From Fuscovulum sp. (GTDB lineage Bacteria; Pseudomonadota; Alphaproteobacteria; Rhodobacterales; Rhodobacteraceae): a stretch of DNA of 64,000 nt. The notes beneath the pieces were generated by a model. That model did not search any database. It was not told where the DNA came from and saw nothing but the letters and a program-made list of their open reading frames with translations. Within the stretch, counting starts at the first letter, position 1; the number at the start of each line of letters is the position of its first letter. Location of the stretch: contig CP136571.1 of assembly GCA_035192965.1 (NCBI GenBank), forward strand, positions 3,961,666 through 4,025,665, written 5' to 3'. This document shows positions 50,273 through 59,699 of the stretch, piece by piece. The position numbers and the translations under genes are program-made.

Positions 50273-51508
50273 TCACTCCCCCGGCACAGGCCGCCCATGC
50301 GATGGCCGCAACGTCCCCAACCGCGGATGCAGCCGCCCCGCAATCGCAAAAGCACCCAACATCCCGGCCCCCGTCACCGCAAAGAACGCCGCCAGCGGCG
50401 CGCCAAACGGCACCAGAACGATCCACGCTGCCGCCGGCGTCATGATCCCCGAAACATCCCGGAAACTACTGTAAACAGCCGACATTTCCGTTCTCTGCGA
50501 CGGCTTCACCGCCATCAGGAAGGGCAACCCCCCCACCACATCCAACAGCACCAGAAAGACCGAAGCCCCCATCATCGCCAGCACCGCCACCCAAGGCAGC
50601 GGCGAAAACAGCGCGCTTGTCACAAAGCACAATCCGCACAGCCCGAACGCCGTCCGCACCGCCCGCCGCACCGACCGCCGCCGCGCATAGCGCAGCATCA
50701 GGGGCGAGATGAACAGCAGCGCGTTGGAAATCGACAGCGCCACGCCCCCCACCTTGTCACCGAGGCCCGCTTCGATGCAGAAGATCGGCAGATACACCAC
50801 ATAGACCCACCACCCGCAGGACCGCATCACCGCAAACATCCACCCGGCAATCAGACGCGGTTGCTGAAAGAACCGCCCCAGATAGGCCAGCGGGTTCAGC
50901 GCAGGCCCCTTCGCCCGCGTGATCTGCTTGCCGTTCCCCAACCGCAGGATCCAGAACACCACCAGCAGCACCACCGCAAACGTCCCCGCCAGCAGGAACG
51001 GCGCCGGCGCCCACAGGTCATGCAGCGTCACCCCCAGCATCGGCCCAATCGCCCAGGGCGCGGCGGAATAGACCATCTGCGTGGATTGGCTCCGCCCCAG
51101 ATCGGTGCGGTCTATGTAATCAAGGACATAGGCGTTGAAACAGACGAATGTCGTCGCGGTCGCACTGGCAAGACACATCAAAGCCAGCGGCACCGTCACC
51201 GGCGTGCCGATGACCGCCAGCGTCATCCCCACCAGATACAGCAGACAGCCCGACGTATACATCCACCGCCGGGGCAGATGCCGCGTGAACCACGGCACCA
51301 TCAACCCCCAGACCAGCGCCACGATCCCCGCCCAGAAATAGGCGCTCGACGTGGCCTCGGCGCTGCCAAGCGAGGCATACACCGTCAACGGCATGGCCGA
51401 AATCAGCGTCCCGCGCACGCTCGCCTCGATCCCGGCCAGCAAGGCAAAGTTCTGCACGCGCGGGGTCGGGCTATGCCGCAGGAAAAGGGGAAGGTATCGG
51501 GTGGCCAT
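50273..51508 (-). CDS. MFS-type transporter
   Basis: 411 aa with about 12 TM helices. Assigned on general architecture only. Confidence 0.7.
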   Translation of the reverse strand: MATRYLPLFLRHSPTPRVQNFALLAGIEASVRGTLISAMPLTVYASLGSAEATSSAYFWAGIVALVWGLMVPWFTRHLPRRWMYTSGCLLYLVGMTLAVIGTPVTVPLALMCLASATATTFVCFNAYVLDYIDRTDLGRSQSTQMVYSAAPWAIGPMLGVTLHDLWAPAPFLLAGTFAVVLLVVFWILRLGNGKQITRAKGPALNPLAYLGRFFQQPRLIAGWMFAVMRSCGWWVYVVYLPIFCIEAGLGDKVGGVALSISNALLFISPLMLRYARRRSVRRAVRTAFGLCGLCFVTSALFSPLPWVAVLAMMGASVFLVLLDVVGGLPFLMAVKPSQRTEMSAVYSSFRDVSGIMTPAAAWIVLVPFGAPLAAFFAVTGAGMLGAFAIAGRLHPRLGTLRPSHGRPVPGE

Positions 51509-51594
51509 GATCTGTCACAAATTTGTGCAATCAGCGCATTGCCCGCACACCCCCGTCTGCATCACGCGCGACAAAGGGCGTCGGGAACGAACCG

Positions 51595-53550
51595 CTACCC
51601 CCGCAACTCCCCCGTTACATCCACCGGCCCCACCGACCCGCGCAGGATGGCGCGATAGATCACAAGGCTCTCCGTCACCCGCATCACATAGGTCCGCGTT
51701 TCGGTAAACGGGATCATCTCCACCCAATCCACCACATCCACATTCGGATCGCGCGGATCGCCGAACAGCCCGATCCACCGCTTCGGTCGCCCTGGCCCGG
51801 CATTGTAACCCGACGCGATCAGCGCCACCGATGGTCCGAATTGCTCAACCAATTGCGCCAGATAGCCGGTCCCGATCCGCACGTTATACCCCGGATCGTT
51901 CAGCTTGCCCGCATCAAAGGACAACCCCACCCTTGGCGCCACCAGCTTGGCGGTCGATGGCAGCACCTGCATCAACCCCCGCGCATCCGCCGCCGACCGC
52001 GCTGCGGGATCGAACTCAGACTCTCGCCGCGAAATGGCCAAGGCAAGCGCCCGGCTCACCGGCAACCCGTCCCCCGGCACAAAAGACGGCACCGGGTAAT
52101 AGCTGCGCGGCAGGATCACTCCCTTTTCCGCCGCCTGCTTGGCCACCACCAGCGCGATATGCGGCTCATCCATCTGCAACGCCAGATCGGCCAGCTGGTC
52201 CAGCTCAGAGCCATTCAGGCTTTCGCCCAGATGCAGGAAGAACCGTTTGGCAAGGTTCCGCTCGCCGGCCCGGCTCAGCACCATCGCCGCCTCAAGGACC
52301 GACGAATTGGCAAAAGACGCCCCCCGCCAATCCGCAGGCCGCGCATCGTTCAACAGCGCGGGGTCCAGCGACTGTCCCAGCGCCTCGGCCGCGAGCAGCC
52401 CGTAATAGGCGCTGTGATGCTCTGCCGCCTTCTGCAACTCGGCCGTGCCGCCCGCCTGATCGCCTGCCGCCAGCAGTGCCCGCCCGGCCCAGTAATGCGC
52501 CCGGCTTACAGAAATCGGTGTCGCCACCCCCTCGCGCAGATTGCGGAAATGCGTCACGGCCGTGGTCGCATCGCCCAGCTTGCGCAGCGCGATGAACCCC
52601 GCCAGAAACTCCAGATCGGCATAACCCGACCCGGCCGTCGTGAAATGGCTTGCCGCCACGCGATACGCCGCCTGCGCCTTGTCTGCCCGCAGCAGCGACC
52701 GCGCCAACGCCGCCCGCCGCTCGGCCCAGGCCTCCGGGTCACCCAGCGCCGCGGCGCTTTTGGATTGCGCGATCACCAGTTCCGCCGCCTCGTCATCGCG
52801 GTCGCGACGGAACCGCCAGTCGAACCGCTCATAAACCAGCCCCGGATCGGCCTGCAAATCCGCAGGCACCCGCTCGATCAGCGCATTCACCCCATCCGCA
52901 TCCCCGCGCAGCGCCATTCGCGCCTGCGCCAGCGCCTGCCATCCCGGCCCCACGCGCGGCAGCATCCGTTTCGCCTCGGACACCCGGTTCTGCCACAACA
53001 GCCGGTCCAGCCGCACCTCGTGCGCAACCCTCAGGGCATCGCCATACAGTCCCAGAATGGCCTGCTCCTGATCCGGCGCAAAGGGCAGTTCCGTCCAGGC
53101 ACGAAAGGCCTCGGCCTCCGCCTCGGCATCCCGCCCCGAATTGCGCAGCGCCGAAATCAGCGCCAGCGACCCCTCGGCCGTTTCCGGCGTGCGCCCGGTG
53201 AAATAGGCGATCACCCGGCCCGGATCGGTGGACCGTGCCACCGCCTCTTCGCCCTTTTCCTTCAGCAGCGCCATGCCCGGCCAATCGGCCCGGCGCGCGA
53301 TGAAATCCTCATAATCCCCCAGCCGACCATCCCCGGCACGCAACCGCTGCCAGGTGATGATGTCGGCCCCAACCTGCCCGGCCCCCTGAGCCGCCCCTGC
53401 AGCCCCGTCCCAATCACCGGCCGAGGCAAGCCGCATCGCCTGCCGCAGCGCCGCCGCGCCATCGGCCAGCACCGGCACCGGTGCCACCATCAGAAATAGG
53501 GAAATAACCCACCCAAGGGTGCGCGCTCTTGCCATCATCTGCCCGATCAT
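51595..53550 (-). CDS. Soluble lytic murein transglycosylase (Slt70-like)
   Basis: Signal peptide MIGQMMARARTLGWVISLFLMVAPVPVLA from ATG 53550. Superhelical repeats. Catalytic region ISRRESEFDP...ARGLMQVLPSTA...YNAGPG. Confidence 0.85.
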   Translation of the reverse strand: MIGQMMARARTLGWVISLFLMVAPVPVLADGAAALRQAMRLASAGDWDGAAGAAQGAGQVGADIITWQRLRAGDGRLGDYEDFIARRADWPGMALLKEKGEEAVARSTDPGRVIAYFTGRTPETAEGSLALISALRNSGRDAEAEAEAFRAWTELPFAPDQEQAILGLYGDALRVAHEVRLDRLLWQNRVSEAKRMLPRVGPGWQALAQARMALRGDADGVNALIERVPADLQADPGLVYERFDWRFRRDRDDEAAELVIAQSKSAAALGDPEAWAERRAALARSLLRADKAQAAYRVAASHFTTAGSGYADLEFLAGFIALRKLGDATTAVTHFRNLREGVATPISVSRAHYWAGRALLAAGDQAGGTAELQKAAEHHSAYYGLLAAEALGQSLDPALLNDARPADWRGASFANSSVLEAAMVLSRAGERNLAKRFFLHLGESLNGSELDQLADLALQMDEPHIALVVAKQAAEKGVILPRSYYPVPSFVPGDGLPVSRALALAISRRESEFDPAARSAADARGLMQVLPSTAKLVAPRVGLSFDAGKLNDPGYNVRIGTGYLAQLVEQFGPSVALIASGYNAGPGRPKRWIGLFGDPRDPNVDVVDWVEMIPFTETRTYVMRVTESLVIYRAILRGSVGPVDVTGELRG

Positions 53551-53719
53551 CGTTTTTGACTGCTCGTGATCCTTAACGCCAGACTCTGCCGCACCCCGCC
53601 CGCCCCCGCAACCCACAACCGCGTCAACACCTGCCCCGCTTGGCAAGGCTTTGCCACACCGTTAGGAAGGGCGCGTTTGCAACAGGGCGACTCACGCCCC
53701 AAGACAGGAGACGCGTGCC

Positions 53720-54592
53720 ATGATCCAAGGGTCCATTCCCGCCCTGGTTACGCCGTTCAAGAACGGCGAACTTGATCTGGACACGCTGAAGAAACTTGTC
53801 GATTGGCAGATCGAACAGGGCTCCACCGGCCTTGTCCCCGTGGGCACCACGGGCGAAAGCCCCACCCTCAGCCACGAAGAGCATGAGGCCGTGGTCGAGG
53901 CCGTGGTGAAATTCGCCGCAGGTCGCGTCCCGGTCATCGCGGGCGCGGGGTCGAACAACACTGTCGAAGGCATCCGTCTGATCCAGCACGCCGAACGCGT
54001 GGGGGCCGATGCCGCGCTTGTCGTGACCCCCTATTACAACAAGCCCACGCAGGCAGGCATGATCGCGCATTACACCGCGCTGCATGAGTGCTGCACGCTT
54101 CCCATCATCATCTACAACATCCCCGGCCGCTCGGTCGTGGACATGCAGCCCGAAACCATGGGCAAACTGGCGCAACTGCCCCGCATCATCGGGGTCAAGG
54201 ATGCCACCGGCAAAATCGAACGCGTCTCTATGCAGCGCGCCTCCTGCGGGCCGGATTTCATCCAGCTGTCGGGTGAGGATGCCACCGCCCTCGGCTTCAA
54301 CGCCCATGGCGGCACCGGCTGCATCTCGGTCACCGCCAACGTTGCCCCCAAGCTTTGCGCCGAGTTTCAGCAGGCCACCCTTGCAGGCGACTACCGCAAG
54401 GCACTGGAATACCAGGATCGCCTGATGCCCCTGCACGAGGCGATCTTCATCGAACCCGGCCTGGCCGGCGCAAAATACGGCCTCTCCCTTCTGGGCCGCT
54501 GCTCTGATGAGGTCCGCCTCCCGCTGGTCGGCCTGACCGACGGCACCAAGGCCAAGATCAAGGCCGCAATGGAATTTGCGGGCATCCTGTGA
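53720..54592 (+). CDS. dapA: 4-hydroxy-tetrahydrodipicolinate synthase
   Basis: [51 protein letters not shown]. Confidence 0.95.
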   Translation: MIQGSIPALVTPFKNGELDLDTLKKLVDWQIEQGSTGLVPVGTTGESPTLSHEEHEAVVEAVVKFAAGRVPVIAGAGSNNTVEGIRLIQHAERVGADAALVVTPYYNKPTQAGMIAHYTALHECCTLPIIIYNIPGRSVVDMQPETMGKLAQLPRIIGVKDATGKIERVSMQRASCGPDFIQLSGEDATALGFNAHGGTGCISVTANVAPKLCAEFQQATLAGDYRKALEYQDRLMPLHEAIFIEPGLAGAKYGLSLLGRCSDEVRLPLVGLTDGTKAKIKAAMEFAGIL

Positions 54593-55473
54593 CCGCGACC
54601 AACCCGCGCAACAACCTGCGCGGGGCGCTCTGGATGGTGACGGCCATGGCGGGTTTCGCCATCGAGGACATGTTCCTCAAGGCCGTCACCGCCCATATCC
54701 CCCTTGGTCAGGCCCTTCTGATTTTCGGCCTCACCGGCACCCTTTTCTTCGCCCTCCGCGCGCGGCAGATGGGTGAGGCGGCGCTGCACCCCGCCATGCT
54801 CTCACGCCCCCTGCTCCTCCGTTCGGGGTTCGAGGTGACGGGACGCATCTTCTATTCCCTCGCCATCGCGCTCACGCCCCTTTCCACCGCCTCGGCCATC
54901 CTGCAAGCCACGCCCCTGGTCGTGGTCGCAGGGGCCGCGCTGCTGTTCGGCGAAAGTGTCGGCTGGCGGCGCTGGACGGCCATTCTCGTGGGCTTTGCCG
55001 GTGTCCTCATCATCCTGCGCCCGGGGCTGGATGGCTTCAGCCCCCTCTCGCTTGTCACCGTGGTGGGCCTCATCGGCTTTGCCGGGCGCGACCTTGCCAC
55101 CCGCGCGGCCCCGCTCACCCTATCGAACCGCCAGCTTGGCGTGATCGGCATGGCCATGCTCGCCCTCGCCGGGGGGGTGATCCTTGCGGTCACCGGCGGC
55201 GCAACCCTGCCCGACGCGCGCACCCTCGCCCTTCTGGCCGGAATGACGGGCTTTGGCATCTTTGCCTATAACGCCCTGACCATCGCCATGCGCACGGGAG
55301 AGGTCGCGGCCGTCACCCCCTTCCGCTATACGCGGCTGGTCTTTGCGATGCTCCTTGGCATCCTCGTCTTCAACGAAACCCCCGATGCCTATACCCTCAT
55401 CGGCTCGGCCCTCGTCGTAGGCTCCGGCCTATACACCCTCGCGCGCAGCCGCGCCCGTTCACGGCAACCCTGA
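54589..55473 (+). CDS. DMT superfamily (EamA-like) transporter
   Basis: 294 aa. GTGA overlap with dapA. 10 TM helices; [24 protein letters not shown]. Confidence 0.8.
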   Translation: MTATNPRNNLRGALWMVTAMAGFAIEDMFLKAVTAHIPLGQALLIFGLTGTLFFALRARQMGEAALHPAMLSRPLLLRSGFEVTGRIFYSLAIALTPLSTASAILQATPLVVVAGAALLFGESVGWRRWTAILVGFAGVLIILRPGLDGFSPLSLVTVVGLIGFAGRDLATRAAPLTLSNRQLGVIGMAMLALAGGVILAVTGGATLPDARTLALLAGMTGFGIFAYNALTIAMRTGEVAAVTPFRYTRLVFAMLLGILVFNETPDAYTLIGSALVVGSGLYTLARSRARSRQP

Positions 55474-55521
55474 CCGCCCCTTCTGGACAGTGCCCACCGC
55501 ATCGCTTATCTCCAACCGATC

Positions 55522-56001
55522 ATGGTCACCAAGTCCGATCCCAATTCCAAACTGATCGCCGAAAACCGCCGCGCGCGTTTCGATTACCACATCGAAAGCG
55601 ACCTCGAGGCTGGCATCATGCTGCTGGGGTCCGAGGTGAAAAGCCTCCGCCAAGGCGGATCGAACATCGCCGAAAGCTATGCCTCGGTCGAAGGCGGCGA
55701 GTTGTGGCTCATCAACGGCTACATCGCCCCCTATCTTCAGGCCAAAACCTGGGGCCATGACGAACGCCGCCGCCGCAAACTGCTGGTCAGCAAGAAAGAA
55801 CTGTCGCGCCTGTGGAACGCCACCGCCCGCGAAGGCATGACGATCGTCCCGATCAAGATGTATTTCAACGACCGCGGCATGGTGAAGCTCAAGCTCGGCA
55901 TCGCCAAAGGCAAGAAACTGGCCGACAAACGCGAAACCAGCGCCAAGCGTGACTGGGAACGCGAAAAGGCGCGGCTCCTGAAGATGTCAAAGCGCGACTG
56001 A
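55522..56001 (+). CDS. smpB: SsrA-binding protein SmpB
   Basis: [32 protein letters not shown]. Confidence 0.95.
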   Translation: MVTKSDPNSKLIAENRRARFDYHIESDLEAGIMLLGSEVKSLRQGGSNIAESYASVEGGELWLINGYIAPYLQAKTWGHDERRRRKLLVSKKELSRLWNATAREGMTIVPIKMYFNDRGMVKLKLGIAKGKKLADKRETSAKRDWEREKARLLKMSKRD

Positions 56002-56002
56002 A

Positions 56003-56121
56003 GCATTTTTTGACGCAAAAAATGCACCGATTTCTGACACAGAAATCGGCCCCCCCGCCGCAACGCCAGCCCCCCGTTTTCTGCGTGCAGAAAACGTCGC
56101 GATTTCTGCGTCAGAAATCGC
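56003..56121. repeat. Composite four-hairpin element (REP-like family, locus D)
   Basis: gcattttttg-acg-caaaaaatgc; ccgatttctg-aca-cagaaatcgg; a C-rich spacer; cgttttctg-cgtg-cagaaaacg; gcgatttctg-cgt-cagaaatcgc. It starts 1 nt after the smpB stop. Confidence 0.85.
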
Positions 56122-56184
56122 CCCGCCCTTGCCACAAAGGCCCGATCCGGCTACTTGCCCCTGACCGCATGGCCGGAGGCGCAA

Positions 56185-57048
56185 GTGACGGACGATCCCA
56201 AAACCCTCGTTTCCACGGACTGGCTCGCCACCCATCTGCGCGATCCCGATCTGCGCATCCTTGATGCCTCCTGGTATCTTCCCGATGCGGGCCGCAACGC
56301 GCGGGCAGAATATGACGCCGCCCATATCCCCGGCGCGCGCTTCTTCGACATCGACGAAATCTCTGACCAGCGTTCCTCCCTCCCCCACATGGCCCCGCCG
56401 ACGGAAAAGTTCATGTCGCGGATGCGCGCCATGGGCGTGGGCGACGGCCATCAGGTGGTGATCTATGACGGGGCCGGGATGTTCTCTGCCCCCCGCGTCT
56501 GGTGGACCTTCCGCCTGATGGGCAAGACCGATGTCGCCGTCCTTGACGGTGGCTTCCCCAAATGGCTGGCCGAAGGGCACGAGGTCGAAGACCTCCCCCC
56601 GATGATCCGCGACCGGCACATGACCGTGTCACGCCAGAACCATCTGGTGAAAGATGTCACGCAGGTCGCCCATACCTCGAAACTGCGGCAGGCGGAAATC
56701 ATCGACGCCCGCTCTGCCGCGCGGTTCCGGGGCGATGCCCCCGAACCCCGCCCCGGCCTGCGCGCAGGCCATATCCCGGGCTCCGTGAACGTTCCCTTCG
56801 GTACCCTGCTGAACAGCGACAATACCATGAAATCCCCCGCCGACCTGCGCGCCACTTTCGAGGCCGCGGGCGTTGACCTGTCCAAACCCGCGATCACCAC
56901 CTGCGGGTCGGGCGTCACCGCCGCCGTGCTGTCGCTGGCACTGGAACGGATCGGCCACCGCAACCACGCGCTCTATGATGGCTCATGGTCGGAATGGGGG
57001 ATGTATGACGACCTTCCTGTTCAAACAGGAAGCGGTGAAAAGAGGTAA
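56185..57048 (+). CDS. sseA: 3-mercaptopyruvate/thiosulfate sulfurtransferase (tandem rhodanese)
   Basis: GTG 56185 has a GGAGG Shine-Dalgarno 5 nt upstream. VTDDPKTLVSTDWLATHL. Active-site loop TTCGSGVTAA. The track's TTG start at 56155 lies in the repeat element. Confidence 0.87.
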   Translation: MTDDPKTLVSTDWLATHLRDPDLRILDASWYLPDAGRNARAEYDAAHIPGARFFDIDEISDQRSSLPHMAPPTEKFMSRMRAMGVGDGHQVVIYDGAGMFSAPRVWWTFRLMGKTDVAVLDGGFPKWLAEGHEVEDLPPMIRDRHMTVSRQNHLVKDVTQVAHTSKLRQAEIIDARSAARFRGDAPEPRPGLRAGHIPGSVNVPFGTLLNSDNTMKSPADLRATFEAAGVDLSKPAITTCGSGVTAAVLSLALERIGHRNHALYDGSWSEWGMYDDLPVQTGSGEKR

Positions 57049-57050
57049 GC

Positions 57051-58232
57051 ATGTTCGACCAGCTCAAGGCCCAGCCACAGGACAAGATCCTGCAACTCAT
57101 CGCGCTCTACCGCGATGACCCCCGCCCCACCAAGATCGACCTCGGCGTCGGCGTCTACAAGGATGCCACCGGCCTGACCCCGGTGATGCGCGCCGTCAAG
57201 GCCGCCGAGAAAAAGCTGTGGGAGACCGAGACGACCAAAACCTATACCGGCCTTGCGGGCGAACCGGCCTTCAACGCCGCGCTGGCAGGCATGATCCTTG
57301 GCAATGCTGTCCCGATGGACCGCGTGGCATCGGTCGCCACACCGGGCGGCACCGGGGCCATCCGGCAGGCGCTGGAACTGATCAAGCTGGCCACCCCTTC
57401 GGCCACCGTTTGGATTTCCAACCCGACCTGGCCCAACCACCCGTCCATCATCAAATACCTCGGCATGAACATGGCCGAATACCGCTACTTCGACGCCGCC
57501 ACCCGCGGCATCGATTTTCCGGGCCTGATGGCCGACCTTGCCACCGTCAAGGCGGGCGATGTCGTCCTTCTGCATGGCTGCTGCCACAACCCCACCGGCG
57601 CCAACCTTGATGCCGCCCAGTGGGAAGGCGTCATCACCCTGCTGTCGGCCAAAGGCGCGATCCCCTTCGTGGACATCGCCTATCAGGGCTTTGGTGACGG
57701 TCTGGAACAGGACGCCGCCGCCACCCGCCAGATCGCCGCCGCCTTCCCCGAAGTGCTGATCGCCGCCTCCTGCTCAAAAAACTTCGGCATCTACCGCGAA
57801 CGCACAGGTATCCTCATCGGCATCGGCCCCGAGGGCGGCAAGGGCGTGCTGCAAGGCAACCTCAACTTCCTCAACCGCCAGAACTACAGCTTCCCGCCCG
57901 ATCACGGCGCGCGTCTGGTGACGATGATCCTTGAGGATGCCGCGCTGCGCGCCGACTGGATGGCCGAACTGGAAGAGGTCCGCCTCAACATGCTCACCCT
58001 GCGCCAGTCGCTGGCCGATGAGCTGCGCCGCGCCACCAATTCCGACCGCTTCGATTTCGTGGCCACCCATCGCGGCATGTTCTCCCGCCTCGGTCTGACC
58101 GAGGATCAGGTGAACACGCTCCGCGACGAACACGGCATCTACATGGTGGGCGACTCGCGCATCAACATCGCAGGCCTCAACGCCCGCACCGTCCCCATCC
58201 TCGCCACCGCCATCGCCCAAGTCGCGGGCTGA
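57051..58232 (+). CDS. Aspartate/aromatic amino acid aminotransferase (class I, AspC/TyrB type)
   Basis: MFDQLKAQPQDKILQLIALYRDDPRPTKIDLGVGVYKD. PLP-lysine region SCSKNFGIYRERTG. Confidence 0.9.
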   Translation: MFDQLKAQPQDKILQLIALYRDDPRPTKIDLGVGVYKDATGLTPVMRAVKAAEKKLWETETTKTYTGLAGEPAFNAALAGMILGNAVPMDRVASVATPGGTGAIRQALELIKLATPSATVWISNPTWPNHPSIIKYLGMNMAEYRYFDAATRGIDFPGLMADLATVKAGDVVLLHGCCHNPTGANLDAAQWEGVITLLSAKGAIPFVDIAYQGFGDGLEQDAAATRQIAAAFPEVLIAASCSKNFGIYRERTGILIGIGPEGGKGVLQGNLNFLNRQNYSFPPDHGARLVTMILEDAALRADWMAELEEVRLNMLTLRQSLADELRRATNSDRFDFVATHRGMFSRLGLTEDQVNTLRDEHGIYMVGDSRINIAGLNARTVPILATAIAQVAG

Positions 58233-58253
58233 CGGGCACAATTCCTAAAGGCC

Positions 58254-58284
58254 AAGCGCCCGCCGCGCCCTGCGGCGGGCGCTT
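58254..58284 (+). terminator. Terminator-like 13-bp GC hairpin after the aminotransferase gene
   Basis: AAGCGCCCGCCGC-GCCCT-GCGGCGGGCGCTT. No clear T-tract follows. Confidence 0.45.
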
Positions 58285-58380
58285 GCCGTTCGGAAAATGG
58301 TAGGCGCGATCCACAGTGATGCCGCGAAACAACCAACGACCGTCCCGAAAAACGCCGGAAATCCGCGCTACAGCCACGGC

Positions 58381-59571
58381 ATGTACAGTGTGCTTGCCAA
58401 ACTTCCTCCCCACCAGTTCTTCGCTATCATCGTGGCGGGAATCCTTGCCCTCTACGCGATGGGCTATTTCGACCCCGTCCCCGAACAGTCCGACGAACCA
58501 AGCGGCACCTACCTCTACTACGGCCCCGAGGGCGAAACCCTGCCCGCGCCCGGCGCCACACCGCTTGAGGTAGCAGCCGCCGCCAAGGCACTTGCCGACA
58601 GCGACTATTTCGCTGCCGTCGCCATCGGGCCGGGCGGACGCCAAGGCGTCTGGACCGGCGCGCGCAAACCCGAACTCGCCCGCGCCTACGCCCTCGCCCT
58701 CTGCGGCGACGACTGCCGCGTGGTGGCCGAACGCCTGCCTCTCCACCGTGACCCGCCCCGCAGCGAACCGGTGCTGACCCGCGCCATGGCACAGGGCATC
58801 GCCGCACGCTCCATGCTGGGCGAAGGCACGGTTGCCGTGGGCGGGGCGAATGCCTGGGGCGCTGACCTCTTGGGTCGGCGCGGGAGAAATACCAGTTTCA
58901 TGCGCGACGCCGCCGAGGATTGCGAAGCCCGCCGCGCCACCGAACCGCTGGCCGACACCCCGCTCTCCGAACCCTGCCGCGTCCTGCGCGTGACAGGGAT
59001 CGAGGACCTGCGCCCCAAGCCACAACTCTACCCTGCACCCTTCACCATCGAACTCACCGAAATCGCCCCCGCCGCCAGGTCACAAGTCATCCGTCTCACC
59101 GGTGGGCCGAAACTCTGGATGCAACCCTATCTCCCGAAAGGCTTGCACGGCACCTACGCCGCCAACGGCGGCGACGGTGGCGAAACCGTGCGCGAATCCG
59201 GCTGGCCCGAGGCGGGGCGCGACATCGCCCTCCTGTTCTGCGAAACCCAACGCCGCCCGTCCGAAGGCCCCTGCGCCGTGACACACATGAACGTGCCGGT
59301 CGAAAAGATGGAAGGCGTCCTTCCCGTCACCCCCGAAATCCACTCCGCTTACCAACACTGGCAGGCGACCAAGGGGCCCGGCGCCTTCGCCCTCAGCCCC
59401 TATGGCGTGTGGGGGGCGTCCAGCGACAGGGCGAACGTGGATGCCGCAATCCAGGACGCCGCCGACTGGTGCTGGTACTACTCCCGCCGCACATGGGTGT
59501 ACTGGAAGGTGAACGAGGCCTTCCTCGACCCCGCCATCCCCTGCCGCATCATCGCCATCCGCGAACGCTGA
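58381..59571 (+). CDS. Hypothetical membrane-anchored protein with internal Cys-pair repeats (DUF4189-like)
   Basis: From ATG 58381: MYSVLAKLPPHQFFAIIVAGILALYAM (anchor). It then has three to four repeats of the pattern aromatic/Ala-A-x...G-x-W/G...A-x3-A-x3-C-x(n)-C-x-V/I. Examples are FAAVAIGPGGRQGVWTG...ALALCGDDCRVV and AFALSPYGVWGAS...AADWC...CRIIAI. Confidence 0.55.
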   Translation: MYSVLAKLPPHQFFAIIVAGILALYAMGYFDPVPEQSDEPSGTYLYYGPEGETLPAPGATPLEVAAAAKALADSDYFAAVAIGPGGRQGVWTGARKPELARAYALALCGDDCRVVAERLPLHRDPPRSEPVLTRAMAQGIAARSMLGEGTVAVGGANAWGADLLGRRGRNTSFMRDAAEDCEARRATEPLADTPLSEPCRVLRVTGIEDLRPKPQLYPAPFTIELTEIAPAARSQVIRLTGGPKLWMQPYLPKGLHGTYAANGGDGGETVRESGWPEAGRDIALLFCETQRRPSEGPCAVTHMNVPVEKMEGVLPVTPEIHSAYQHWQATKGPGAFALSPYGVWGASSDRANVDAAIQDAADWCWYYSRRTWVYWKVNEAFLDPAIPCRIIAIRER

Positions 59572-59583
59572 CCCCACCGCAAC

Positions 59584-59621
59584 GAAAAACGGCCCGCAGG
59601 GGGAGGATCCCGCGGGCCGTT
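59584..59621 (-). terminator. Intrinsic terminator downstream of amtB
   Basis: Minus-strand RNA forms AACGGCCCGC-(13 nt)-GCGGGCCGUU, running into UUUUUCGUU. Confidence 0.6.
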
Positions 59622-59699
59622 GCAGTTTCACACCCGGAAGGGAGGAGGTTCCCAGGCGCGTCGTTGACGGGGCCGCTTGGCGCAGCCCCGTCCAGTTCC

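Noticed and set aside
50171-50290. Small ORFs and peptide similarity across the repeat loci (for example 56010..56264 MTQKMHRFLTQKS... and the start of 50171..51658 MARFLRTEIAP...)
   Set aside because: The similarity is a by-product of the nucleotide repeats. Compensatory changes preserve hairpins rather than codons. The ORFs run on into antisense regions of real genes.
51523-53499. 658-aa plus-strand ORF (and the similar ORFs 61775..63400 minus, 58920..60593 plus, 45434..46819 minus, 49071..49919 minus, 53624..54436 minus, 58177..59025 minus, 34105..34950 minus and 36691..37857 minus)
   Set aside because: Each is antisense to a confidently identified gene: Slt, PBP, amtB, pckA, ACAD, dapA, the DUF4189-like protein, SDR and etfA respectively. 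All have Arg/Pro/Gly/His-rich, motif-free translations.
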